A stretch of 64,000 nucleotides of DNA from a bacterium (GTDB lineage: Bacteria; Actinomycetota; Acidimicrobiia; Spongiisociales; ZC4RG35), in the NCBI GenBank assembly GCA_028823995.1, contig JAPPFD010000007.1, positions 9,594 to 73,593 of the forward strand, given 5' to 3'. Below are positions 10,566 through 19,711 of this stretch, one piece after another. The notes beneath the pieces are model-generated. The model saw only the letters and a list, made by a program, of their open reading frames with translations, did no database searches and was not told where the DNA came from. Positions within the stretch are counted from its first letter, which is position 1. Every line of letters begins with the position of its first letter. Position numbers and translations under genes: made by a program.

Positions 10566-11882
10566 ATGCCGCAGACCCGTCGATACGTGGCCGATCACCT
10601 GATTCCCATGGAGCCGGAAGGCGTCATCCACTCACCGGGTGCGGTGGACACCGAAGACGGAGTGGTGGTGTGGGCGGGGAAGGCCGCGGAGGCCCGGGAC
10701 CTCGCCGAGGTCAAGACCGAACGGGTGGAGGGCGTGCTGCTCCCCGGAATGGTGAACATCCATTGTCACACTCCCATGGTCCTCCTGCGAGGCGCGGGGG
10801 AGAACCTGCCGGTGGACCGGTGGCTGCACGAGGTGATGTGGCCGAGAGAGGCCCGCCTCACCCCCGAGGACGTGGAGGTGGGGATGGCGGCCGGCGCCGC
10901 GGAACTGCTGGCCGGAGGCGTGACCACCTCGTTGGAGATGTATTTCTGTGGGGAGGCCGTGGCCGCGGGGGCGGTCTGGGCGGGACTCCGATGCGTGGTC
11001 ACCGCTCCGCTCATCGAAGACCCGAAGCTGAGCGGGATGTTCGGCTCCCTGCAGCACCAGTTGGACGAGATGACCGAACTCATCAGGCGTTGGTCCGAAA
11101 GCACCCTGATCCAGGTGGGAATCGGACCCCACGCCGTCTACTCCCTCTCCGAGGAGTGCCTGCGGAGCGTGGCCGACGCGGCGGCCGCCCACGGAGCGCT
11201 GGTCCATATCCACGTCGATGAACAGGAGTGGGAGGTGGAGGCGGTACGTGAACAGACCGGAATGTCGGCCACCGCCTTCCTGAGGGAGGTGGGCATCCTG
11301 GACTCGCCCACCATGGCCGCCCACTCGGTGTGGATCTCACCCGAGGACATCGACATCCTGGCCGAGTCGGGAGCGGGGGTGGCCCACTGTCCCTGCTCCA
11401 ACGGCAAGCACGCCTCCGGCATCGCCCCGGTGGCTGAGATGCGGGCGGCCGGGATCCCGGTGGGAATCGCCACCGACGGACCGGCTTCCCACCATCGCCT
11501 GGACATGTTCGAGGAGATGCGGATGGCCATGCGCCTGGCTCGCATCCGCTCCCAGGACGCCGCCGCCCTCCTGCCCCACGAAGCCCTGGCAATGGTGACC
11601 CGGGAAGCGGCCGACGCCATCCGCCGACCCGACCTGGGCCGCCTGACGCCGGGAAGCCCTGCCGACATGATCGCCGTCTCCCCCACCGGCCCGGCCTTCG
11701 GTCCGGTGATCCCCGAAGAAGACGATCTCATCTCCCGGCTGGTCTGGTCGGGTTCCCCCGCCGCGGTTCACGCCGCGTGGGTGGGCGGAAGGCAGGTGAT
11801 GTCGGAGGGCGAGGTGCTAACCGTAGACGTCGAAGCGGTCAGCCGGGACGTCGCCGACCGCGCCCGCAGACTGGCCGGATGA
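10566..11882 (+). CDS. mtaD: MTA/SAH deaminase-like amidohydrolase
   Basis: PGMVNIHCH, GPHAVYS, HIHVDE, HCPCSN, ATDGPAS; adjacent to mtnA. Confidence 0.75.
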   Translation: MPQTRRYVADHLIPMEPEGVIHSPGAVDTEDGVVVWAGKAAEARDLAEVKTERVEGVLLPGMVNIHCHTPMVLLRGAGENLPVDRWLHEVMWPREARLTPEDVEVGMAAGAAELLAGGVTTSLEMYFCGEAVAAGAVWAGLRCVVTAPLIEDPKLSGMFGSLQHQLDEMTELIRRWSESTLIQVGIGPHAVYSLSEECLRSVADAAAAHGALVHIHVDEQEWEVEAVREQTGMSATAFLREVGILDSPTMAAHSVWISPEDIDILAESGAGVAHCPCSNGKHASGIAPVAEMRAAGIPVGIATDGPASHHRLDMFEEMRMAMRLARIRSQDAAALLPHEALAMVTREAADAIRRPDLGRLTPGSPADMIAVSPTGPAFGPVIPEEDDLISRLVWSGSPAAVHAAWVGGRQVMSEGEVLTVDVEAVSRDVADRARRLAG

Positions 11883-12325
11883 ACGCCGACCAGGTCATCT
11901 CCCTCCTGGGCCTCGAGCCCCTTCCGGCCGAGGGCGGCATGTGGACCCGGATCTGGCTCGACGATCACGGGAGCGCCATCTATTTCCTGATGCGACCCGG
12001 AGACTTCTCCGCCATGCACCGCCTGGATGCTCCCGAGATCTGGCATCACTACCTGGGCGCCCCGGTAAGCATGCTGCTGCTCCACCCCGGCGGGTCGGTG
12101 GACCAGCCCGTCCTGGGAAAGGGACTGACCGAAGGCCATCGGCCCTGCGTGACGGTGCCGGCCGGGGTGTGGATGGGCGCCTCCACCACCGGCGATTGGA
12201 GCCTGGTGGGAGCGACGATGGCGCCCCCCTGGCATCCGGACCGCTTCGAGTTGGGCGACTGCGGTGACCTGATCGGCCAATACCCCCGGGCAGCCGGCCG
12301 CATCGAAGAACTGACCCGGAACTGA
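11879..12325 (+). CDS. Cupin_5 (DUF985) family protein
   Basis: LEPLPAEGG, SAIYFL, FSAMHRL..PEIWHHYLG, MAPPW; ATGA overlap. Confidence 0.85.
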   Translation: MNADQVISLLGLEPLPAEGGMWTRIWLDDHGSAIYFLMRPGDFSAMHRLDAPEIWHHYLGAPVSMLLLHPGGSVDQPVLGKGLTEGHRPCVTVPAGVWMGASTTGDWSLVGATMAPPWHPDRFELGDCGDLIGQYPRAAGRIEELTRN

Positions 12326-12332
12326 TCCTTAG

Positions 12333-13106
12333 ATGAGCGACCTCCCCACCCCTGCCTCCATGCTCGATCTCTCCGGCCTGGTGGTGGCCGTCACCGGGGC
12401 GGGGGGCGGGATCGGCCAGGGAATCGCCCGACGGTTCTCCCAGGCCGGAGCGTCGTTGGTGGCTCACACTCGCACCACCGACCTGGGACCCCTGCTCGAC
12501 TCCCTGCCCGGGCCTGCCGCGGAAGTGGCGGCCGACTTACGCCGACCCGAAGGGCCCGACCGGGTGGTGGAGGCGGCGGTGGCCTCCTTCGGCAAACTCG
12601 ACGTCCTGGTGAACAACGCCGCCGACCAGACCGTGGTGGCGATGCCGGAGATGGGCGACGAGGACTGGCAGAGAATGGTCGACACCAACCTGACCGCTGT
12701 GCATCGCCTCACCCAGGCGGTTGCGGCCCATCTCATCTCCCGGCAGTCCCCGGGCTCGGTTATCCACATCTCCTCCATCGAAGGCAGCCAGCCGGCCCCG
12801 CTCCACGGCCACTACGCGGTGACCAAGGCCGGCGTGATCATGCATGCCCGGGCCGCCGCGCTGGAGTACGGCGCCCACGGCATCCGCGTGAACTCGGTCT
12901 CCCCGGGCCTGATCCATCGGGCCGGGCTCACCGAACAGTTTCCGGAAGGGGTGGCCCGCTGGAAGGCCGCCGCGCCCCTGACGAGACTGGGCACCCCCGA
13001 GGACGTGGCGGACGCCTGTGTCTTCCTGGCGTCTCCCCTGGCCCGGTGGATAACCGGTGCCGACCTGGTGGTTGACGGCGGAATCCTCGCCCATCCGACC
13101 TGGTGA
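12333..13106 (+). CDS. SDR family oxidoreductase
   Basis: TGAGGGIG, NNA, YAVTK. Confidence 0.9.
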   Translation: MSDLPTPASMLDLSGLVVAVTGAGGGIGQGIARRFSQAGASLVAHTRTTDLGPLLDSLPGPAAEVAADLRRPEGPDRVVEAAVASFGKLDVLVNNAADQTVVAMPEMGDEDWQRMVDTNLTAVHRLTQAVAAHLISRQSPGSVIHISSIEGSQPAPLHGHYAVTKAGVIMHARAAALEYGAHGIRVNSVSPGLIHRAGLTEQFPEGVARWKAAAPLTRLGTPEDVADACVFLASPLARWITGADLVVDGGILAHPTW

Positions 13107-13119
13107 TGGAGGCCTAGCC

Positions 13120-13890
13120 GTGAAACTCACCGACCGGGTCTATGTGGTGACGGGTGCAGGGGGAGGGATCGGGCGGGGTGCCACCCTGGCCCTGCTGGAA
13201 GAGGGCGCGCGAGGAGTGGCGATGGTGGACCTGGTGGCGCCGTCTGATGCCGCCGCGGAGATTGACCCCGGCGGCCAGCGGACCCTGGCCCTCTCGGCCG
13301 ACGTCACCTCAGGGGATGACGCCCGGTCGGTGGTTGCCGGGACCGTGGAACGCTTCGGGCGGCTGGACGGGTTGGTCAACTGTGCAGGAGTGGTTTTCCT
13401 CGACACCGCCTGGGACGCCTCGGCGTCCGACTGGAACCGCCAACTCGAGGTGAACGTCACCGGCTCGTTCGTGTTCGCCCGGGCGGTCGGGGCCCACCTG
13501 CGGCGGCACGGTGGCGGAGCGGTGGTAAACGTGAGCTCCAACTGCGGCAAGGCCGGTTACCCGAACATGGCCGCCTACAACGCCTCCAAGGCGGCGGTGC
13601 TGGGACTCACCCGGTCACTGTCGATGGAGTGGGCCGCAGACGCCATCAACGTCAACGCCGTGTGTCCGGGAGGGGTTGACACGCAGATGCTGGTCGGAGT
13701 GGCTGACTGGCTCTCCCCCCGCCTGGGCGTGCCGGCCGAAGATCTCCTGGGACAGATGGGTCCCGCCCAACTGGGGCGGCGGATCGAACCGCTGGAAGTC
13801 GGGCGGGTGATCGCGTTTCTGCTGTCCGACGAGGCGCTGATCATCAGGGGCCAGTCGATCAGCATCGACGGCGGCGACACTCCCTACTGA
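13120..13890 (+). CDS. SDR family oxidoreductase (polyol dehydrogenase-like)
   Basis: TGAGGGIG, SSNCGK, YNASK. Confidence 0.9.
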   Translation: MKLTDRVYVVTGAGGGIGRGATLALLEEGARGVAMVDLVAPSDAAAEIDPGGQRTLALSADVTSGDDARSVVAGTVERFGRLDGLVNCAGVVFLDTAWDASASDWNRQLEVNVTGSFVFARAVGAHLRRHGGGAVVNVSSNCGKAGYPNMAAYNASKAAVLGLTRSLSMEWAADAINVNAVCPGGVDTQMLVGVADWLSPRLGVPAEDLLGQMGPAQLGRRIEPLEVGRVIAFLLSDEALIIRGQSISIDGGDTPY

Positions 13891-13898
13891 GGTGAAGC

Positions 13899-15869
13899 GT
13901 GGTGGAATACCTCTGGGATGATCTAGTAGCCCCGGCGCCCTCCGACCCCCTGGCCGAGTGCGTGTACGGCTCCCGGCTGATCGGGTCGGACCCGGCCATG
14001 GTGCTCCATGGCGGAGGCAACACCTCGGCCAAGGCGCCCTTCTCCGACATAACCGGCCAAGAGGTGGAGACCCTTTGGGTGAAGGGATCGGGTTGGGACC
14101 TGGCCAGCATCGAGAAGGAGGGGTTCGCTCCCCTGCCCATCCAACGGCTCCGCCAACTCTTGGACCTGGACAGCCTCTCGGATATCGAGATGATGCGGGA
14201 ACTTTCGGCGGCCCGACTCGACCCCGCCGCTCCCCAGCCGTCGGTGGAGTCCCTGCTCCATGCCCTGATCCCCCACCGGGCGGTCCTCCACAGCCACGCC
14301 GACGCGATCGTCACCCTCACCAATCTCGAGGACGGCGCCGACCGGGTGCGGGAGGTCCTGGGCGAAGGCGTCCTGATCGTGCCCTACGTGATGCCCGGCT
14401 TCGACCTGGCGCGAGAAGTCCGGGACATGTGGCCCTCCGGCGGTGACTGCTCGACCGGCATGGTGCTGATGAACCACGGACTCTTCACCTACGGGGACAC
14501 CACCCGGCAGGCCTATCGCCGCCATCTGGACCTGATCAACCGGGCCGCCCGGTGGCTGGAGAGCCACGCGCCCCACCGTCCTGCGGAGGGAGGGCCCCTG
14601 GGCCGGGTGGACCCGGTGGAACTGGCGCGGATCAGAACAGAGATCTCCCGGGCGGCGGGCCGTCCCATGATCTCGGTGCGCCACGCCACCGCCGAGGTGG
14701 CCCGCTTCGTCGGCCGGGCGGACCTCTCCTCGGTGGCGACCCGCGGGCCGCTCACCCCCGACCACGTCATCCGGACCAAGCGCATCCCCATGGTGGGCCG
14801 GGACGTGGCCGGCTACGCCGACCAGTACCGGCTCTATTACCAGCGCAACCTCCACAGGGCCCGGGGGGAGACCACCATGCTGGATCCGGCTCCCCGAGTG
14901 GTGGTGGATCCCGAGATAGGGATGCTGGCGGTGGGCGCCACGGCCGCGGACTCACAGATCGCTTCCGACATCTACCACCACACCATCCCGGTGCTCACCA
15001 GGGCCGAGGACCACCTGGGCGGCTACGCGGCCCTACCCGAGGGGGACCTGTTCGAAGTGGAGTACTGGGAGTTGGAGCAGGCCAAGCTCCGACGGCGGGG
15101 CGCCTCCCCCGAACTCGCCGGAATGGCTGCTCTGGTGACCGGGGCGGCCTCGGGCATCGGGCGGGCCTGCGCGGAGGAGTTGATGGAGCGGGGAGCGGCG
15201 GTCACCGGCCTGGACCTCTCCCCCGGGGTGGTGGACGCCTTCGACTCGCCCGCTTGGCTGGGGGTCCCCTGCGACGTGACCGACCCCGCCGCCCAGACCC
15301 GGGCGGTGGAAAGAGCCGTGGAGCGCTTTGGCGGGATCGACATCGTGGTGGTGTGCGCCGGTATTTTCGGCGGAGTCTCCCCGATCGCCGAACTGGACGC
15401 CTCCGAATGGCGAAAAGTGATGGCGGTCAATGTCGACGCGGCGGCCGACCTGCTGTCGGGGGTCCACCCGTTCCTGCGTCTCTCGCCGGCCGGAGGAAGG
15501 GTGGTGGTGGTCTCCACCAGAAACGTCCCCGCACCCGGGCCGGGAGCGGCGGCCTACTCGTCCTCCAAGGCGGCCCTCACCCAGTTGGGGCGGGTGGCTG
15601 CCCTGGAGTGGGCCTCCGACGGAATCCGAGTCAACATCGTCAATCCCGACGCGGTGTTCGACACCGGGATCTGGAACGAAGAACTGCTGGCCACCCGCGC
15701 CGCCCACTACGGCATCGGTGTGGAGGCCTACAAGCGGCGGAACCTCCTGGGGACCCCGGTCACCTCCTCCCAGGTGGCCGAGGTGGTGGCCGAATTGGCG
15801 AGTGACCGGTTCGCGGCCACCACCGGGGCCCAGATACCGATCGACGGTGGCAATGAAAGGGTGGTTTGA
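13899..15869 (+). CDS. Bifunctional class II aldolase / SDR dehydrogenase
   Basis: HGGGNTSAK, KGSGWDL, PSVESLLH, HSHAD, NHG; C-terminal TGAASGIG...YSSSK. Confidence 0.92.
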   Translation: MVEYLWDDLVAPAPSDPLAECVYGSRLIGSDPAMVLHGGGNTSAKAPFSDITGQEVETLWVKGSGWDLASIEKEGFAPLPIQRLRQLLDLDSLSDIEMMRELSAARLDPAAPQPSVESLLHALIPHRAVLHSHADAIVTLTNLEDGADRVREVLGEGVLIVPYVMPGFDLAREVRDMWPSGGDCSTGMVLMNHGLFTYGDTTRQAYRRHLDLINRAARWLESHAPHRPAEGGPLGRVDPVELARIRTEISRAAGRPMISVRHATAEVARFVGRADLSSVATRGPLTPDHVIRTKRIPMVGRDVAGYADQYRLYYQRNLHRARGETTMLDPAPRVVVDPEIGMLAVGATAADSQIASDIYHHTIPVLTRAEDHLGGYAALPEGDLFEVEYWELEQAKLRRRGASPELAGMAALVTGAASGIGRACAEELMERGAAVTGLDLSPGVVDAFDSPAWLGVPCDVTDPAAQTRAVERAVERFGGIDIVVVCAGIFGGVSPIAELDASEWRKVMAVNVDAAADLLSGVHPFLRLSPAGGRVVVVSTRNVPAPGPGAAAYSSSKAALTQLGRVAALEWASDGIRVNIVNPDAVFDTGIWNEELLATRAAHYGIGVEAYKRRNLLGTPVTSSQVAEVVAELASDRFAATTGAQIPIDGGNERVV

Positions 15870-15872
15870 ACC

Positions 15873-16604
15873 ATGCATCTTCCCGTTTTGAATGTTGCGG
15901 CATCGGACATCCCCGAGCGGATGCTGGTGGTGGGCGATCCCGACCGCGCCCTCCGGGTGGCCGCCCGGTTGGAGGACCGCGTCGAGATCGGGCGCTTCCG
16001 CGAATACGTGACCCTGGCGGGCAGACACCGGGGGGTCGAGGTGGGGGTGGTCTCCCACGGGGTGGGCGCCGCGGGGGCGGCGGTCTGCTTCGATGAACTC
16101 TTCCAGGCGGGGGTCCGGCGGGTGATCCGGGCCGGGAGTTGCGGAGGGATGCAGGACGACGTCCTCGACGGCCATCTGGTGATCGTCACCGCTGCGGTGC
16201 GCAACGACGGGCTCACCCCCCAGTTGGTGCCGGAGGGTTATCCCGCCGCCGCCTCACCCGACATCGTGGCCGCACTCCGCCGGGCCGCACGGGGGAGCGA
16301 GAACATCCACGAGGGCCTGGCTCTCACCAACGCGGTGTTCTACAGCAATGAGATCATGGGCTCCAACCTGCGTCTGTGGCAGAAAGCCGGCGTGAAAGCG
16401 GTGGAGATGGAGTGCGCGGCGCTGTTCGTGATGGCCGGCCTGGCGGGACGGGAATGCGGCGCCATCCTGACGGTGGACGGGAACCCGCTGGTGGAACGGG
16501 ACGAGGAGATGACCGGTTACGACCCCCACCGCGAGGTGGTGAGGGAAGCGGTGGGCCGGATGATCGGGATTGCGCTCGACGCCCTGGTGGCCGACCCTCC
16601 CTGA
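15873..16604 (+). CDS. Nucleoside phosphorylase (PNP/UP family)
   Basis: VGDPDRA, REY, SHGVG, RAGSCG, VEME. Confidence 0.9.
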   Translation: MHLPVLNVAASDIPERMLVVGDPDRALRVAARLEDRVEIGRFREYVTLAGRHRGVEVGVVSHGVGAAGAAVCFDELFQAGVRRVIRAGSCGGMQDDVLDGHLVIVTAAVRNDGLTPQLVPEGYPAAASPDIVAALRRAARGSENIHEGLALTNAVFYSNEIMGSNLRLWQKAGVKAVEMECAALFVMAGLAGRECGAILTVDGNPLVERDEEMTGYDPHREVVREAVGRMIGIALDALVADPP

Positions 16605-16618
16605 CCCGAAGGACCGAG

Positions 16619-17254
16619 TTACCCGACGCCGTCGGAGTTGGACTGGTGGTAGCCCAGGATCAGCAACTCGGTGGCGACATCCACCCTGCGGAGAGTCGTT
16701 CCCGCCGGTGCGTGGAGGACCACGGGGGCGAAGTTGAGAATGGAGGTCACCCCCAACTTCACCAGCAGGTCGACCGCCCCCTGGGCGGCGGGAGCGGGAG
16801 TGGCGATCACACCGATCGACACCCCCTGGGAGCGGACATCCTCGGTCAGGCTGTCGGGGTGGCGGATGACCAGGTCCCCCACACTCTCTCCGATCTTCCC
16901 GGGATCGGTGTCATACACCCCCGCCAGGATCAGCCCTCGACTGGCGAATCCCTGGTAGTGGGCCAGAGCCATCCCGAGGTTTCCCATCCCCACTATGACA
17001 ATGGTCAGAGGAACGTCGAGGCCCAGGGCGGCGCCGATTTGGGATGCCACCGACTGGATGTCGTACCCCACCCCCCGGCGGCCCTCGCATTCCAGGTACC
17101 AGAAGTCCTTCCGCACCTTGGCCGCATTGATGCTGAGGGCCGCGGCGATCTCCCCTGACGACACCGTCTCCTGGTCGACGGGGAGTTGGTCCAGACACCG
17201 CAGGTAAAGCGGCAACCGCGAGACCGTGGCGTGAGGGATAGCCGGTCTAGCCAT
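16619..17254 (-). CDS. rex: Redox-sensing transcriptional repressor Rex
   Basis: IP.ATVSRLPLYLR, VRKDF, GVGY, GMGNLG, ILNFAP. Confidence 0.92.
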   Translation of the reverse strand: MARPAIPHATVSRLPLYLRCLDQLPVDQETVSSGEIAAALSINAAKVRKDFWYLECEGRRGVGYDIQSVASQIGAALGLDVPLTIVIVGMGNLGMALAHYQGFASRGLILAGVYDTDPGKIGESVGDLVIRHPDSLTEDVRSQGVSIGVIATPAPAAQGAVDLLVKLGVTSILNFAPVVLHAPAGTTLRRVDVATELLILGYHQSNSDGVG

Positions 17255-17397
17255 CCCCGAAATCCTACACCTGGCCGCCCTGCCGGGATCCCCCCTCCGT
17301 CCGCCCCGGGCGTACGCAACCGGGAGGAGATGGGATGGACGCCAACCCCCGCGGCGACCGGCGGCGGGAGGAGCCCAGGTGAAGGCTATCTTTTGAG

Positions 17398-18639
17398 ATG
17401 ATGAACGGCGCTGACGTGTTGGTGGTTGGGGGAGGCCCGGCCGGGTCGGCCGCCGCCTATTGGCTGGCTCGGGACGGACACGCCGTCACGGTCGTGGAGC
17501 GCAAGTCCTTTCCCCGCGACAAGACCTGCGGCGACGGTCTGACGCCGCGGGCCGTCTACCAACTCGACGAGATGGGATTCGACTTCTCGGCGCCGGGATT
17601 TCACCGTGTGACGGGACTGCGCTCCTATGCCGGAGACAAGCTGATGCTGGAGATGTCCTGGCCCGATCACTCCCGGTTTCCCGACTGGGGGGGAGTGATC
17701 CGCCGCAGTGAACTCGACCAGCAGGTGGCCGACCTGGCCCGCGGCCAGGGGGTGAGCGTCCTGGAAAATACCGAGGCCCGCCCGTTGGTGGACAACGGGG
17801 CGTTGGAGGGGGTGGAACTGCGCTCCAAGGGGTCGGTGGAAACGGTCAGACCGAGGGTGGTGATCGTGGCCGACGGGGCCCTCAACCGGTTCGGGCGTCA
17901 TCTGGGGGTAACCCGCCGGAAGGACTACCCCCTGGGATTGGCGGCCCGCGGTTATTACCGCAGCCCCCGCTCGTCCGATCCGTTCCTGGAGAGCCAACTG
18001 GACATCCGCGACCGCGCGGGAGCCACCATGCCCGGCTACGGCTGGGTGTTTCCCCTGGGTGACGGGACGGTCAATGTGGGAGTGGGACTCCTCTCCACGT
18101 TCAAGCGGTGGAAGCAGACCAACACCACCAAGATGATGGCGGACTGGGTCGACGCGGCCCCCGGGTACTGGGGACTCTCCGAGGAGACCCGTCTCACCGA
18201 TCCGGTGGGCGGCGCCCTGCAGATGTCGTTCTCCCGTTCCCCGCTGGCCGGACCCAACTGGCTGGTGATCGGAGACGCGGCGGCCGCGATCAACCCTTGG
18301 AACGGAGAGGGCATCGCCTACGCCTACGAGACGGGGCGCATCGCCGCGGAACTGGCCGGACAGGCGGTCGCCAACGGGAACTCCGATGCCCTGTCGCGAT
18401 ACCCCGGTCACCTGGACCGGGAGTACGGCCTCTACTACCGCACGGCGCGCATCTTCGTGAAGCTGATCGGACGCCCGGCGGTGATGCGAACCCTCGCCCA
18501 CACGGGCTTGCGCAACCGTCCCCTCATGGAGTGGACTCTGAAGGTGATGGCGAACCTCCTGGAGGAGGACGAGAGAGGCATCGGCGAAGAGGTGTTCCGG
18601 GCCCTGCAGAGGCTGGCCCGCGCCGTACCGGTAGCCTGA
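17398..18639 (+). CDS. Geranylgeranyl reductase family (MenJ-like)
   Basis: GGGPAG, FPRDKTCGDGLTPRA, GYGWVFP, GDAA..INPWNGEGI. Confidence 0.88.
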   Translation: MMNGADVLVVGGGPAGSAAAYWLARDGHAVTVVERKSFPRDKTCGDGLTPRAVYQLDEMGFDFSAPGFHRVTGLRSYAGDKLMLEMSWPDHSRFPDWGGVIRRSELDQQVADLARGQGVSVLENTEARPLVDNGALEGVELRSKGSVETVRPRVVIVADGALNRFGRHLGVTRRKDYPLGLAARGYYRSPRSSDPFLESQLDIRDRAGATMPGYGWVFPLGDGTVNVGVGLLSTFKRWKQTNTTKMMADWVDAAPGYWGLSEETRLTDPVGGALQMSFSRSPLAGPNWLVIGDAAAAINPWNGEGIAYAYETGRIAAELAGQAVANGNSDALSRYPGHLDREYGLYYRTARIFVKLIGRPAVMRTLAHTGLRNRPLMEWTLKVMANLLEEDERGIGEEVFRALQRLARAVPVA

Positions 18640-18778
18640 AAAAGGCCTTTTCGGGATTTGGCGGCAGCCAGGCCCGTTAACATGCGTGCTGGTGGTTCGA
18701 GGCGACGCAAGGCGCCGGATCATCGGGTAGTTGCTCAGAACCCTGTTTAACAAGTCGCGGAAGGGCATTGAGGTAACA

Positions 18779-19324
18779 ATGGCAAGGAAGTACCGGTTGG
18801 AACCCGAAGGCGAAGGCCTCTACCGGGTGATCGCTGCGAGAGATTTCAAGACCTCCCGGGGCCAGAGTCCGGAAGTCAAAGAGGGTGACCGGGGAGGACT
18901 GGTCTCCGGACCCTACAACCTGTCCCAGCGGGGACGGTGCTGGATCGAGGAGGGCGCCAAGGTGATCGACCAGGCCAAGGTGTTGAAGGACGGCTTGGTG
19001 ATGGAGAACGCCACCGTGAGCGGCCAGGCCGTGGTCACGGACCTGTCCTGGGTGGCGGGCTCCGCCCAGGTGCAGGACAACGCTCAGATCCAGGAGGGCG
19101 GAGCGGTGCTCGACCAGGCGATAGTGCGGGACGGGGCCACGGTGAGGTCGGCAGGGATCGTGGGCGGACAGGCTGTGGTGGAACACCGGGCAAGGGTGGA
19201 GGACGGCGCCATGGTGGGAGACAAGACCCAGGTGGGAGGAAACGCCGTGATCAGCGGCAAGGAGACCGTGGTCACCGGCGACCGCTACATCATCAAAGGC
19301 ATCACCAAGACGGAAACCGCATAG
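18779..19324 (+). CDS. Phage-type left-handed beta-helix (hexapeptide repeat) protein
   Basis: LYRVIAARDF...VKEGDRGGLV...NLSQRGRCWI, then 6-residue A-x-V repeats; GAGG RBS. Confidence 0.8.
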   Translation: MARKYRLEPEGEGLYRVIAARDFKTSRGQSPEVKEGDRGGLVSGPYNLSQRGRCWIEEGAKVIDQAKVLKDGLVMENATVSGQAVVTDLSWVAGSAQVQDNAQIQEGGAVLDQAIVRDGATVRSAGIVGGQAVVEHRARVEDGAMVGDKTQVGGNAVISGKETVVTGDRYIIKGITKTETA

Positions 19325-19555
19325 AGGGACCAGGCGCTGGGCGAAACCCGGTCCCCGCAGCCTGAAGCCCAGCCTCGTCACCGGTCCCGGCGAAAGTCGC
19401 GAAAAAACTCCCCTTTCAGGGCCCACCCCCGCCTCCACCGCGCCGTGGGTCTGTGAGTGTTCAGCCCAGCCGAGGGCAGGGCTTGACTCTTCAGACCGGA
19501 TGATCCCTTGCGCGGCCCGTGTGACGTCCGACGGGCCGGTTCGGTGCTTGGCTCC
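19325..19555 (-). ncRNA. Candidate Ms1-like RNA polymerase-binding sRNA
   Basis: Minus strand has GCCAAG...AAGGGATC...CCGGTCTGAAG...ACCCACGGCG in the order recalled for Ms1/scr3559. It also has internal hairpins, an upstream -10 (CATAGT) and a terminal hairpin at 19325-19356. Confidence 0.5.
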
Positions 19556-19560
19556 TATTC

Positions 19561-19582
19561 ACTATGAGACATCGGTGTGACA
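19561..19582 (-). promoter_or_regulatory. Putative promoter of the ncRNA
   Basis: TGTCAC-N10-CATAGT, the same architecture as the promoter at 267-288. Confidence 0.4.
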
Positions 19583-19711
19583 AAAACCGAACTTCCGGCA
19601 GGGTATTTTGACAACCGGCGACAAAACCGACGCCCAGGGGTCGACACCACGGCGCGCCGGAACACCGCGGGGCCGCCCTCCAGCCGCGAAGGAACCGGCC
19701 GTTCCGCTAGC

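Noticed and set aside
17255-17397. Rex operator upstream of rex
   Set aside because: No TTGTGAA-N4-TTCACAA-like palindrome seen
19480-19500. Hammerhead ribozyme (CTGAAGAG on minus strand)
   Set aside because: No correctly placed GAAA core or closing stems
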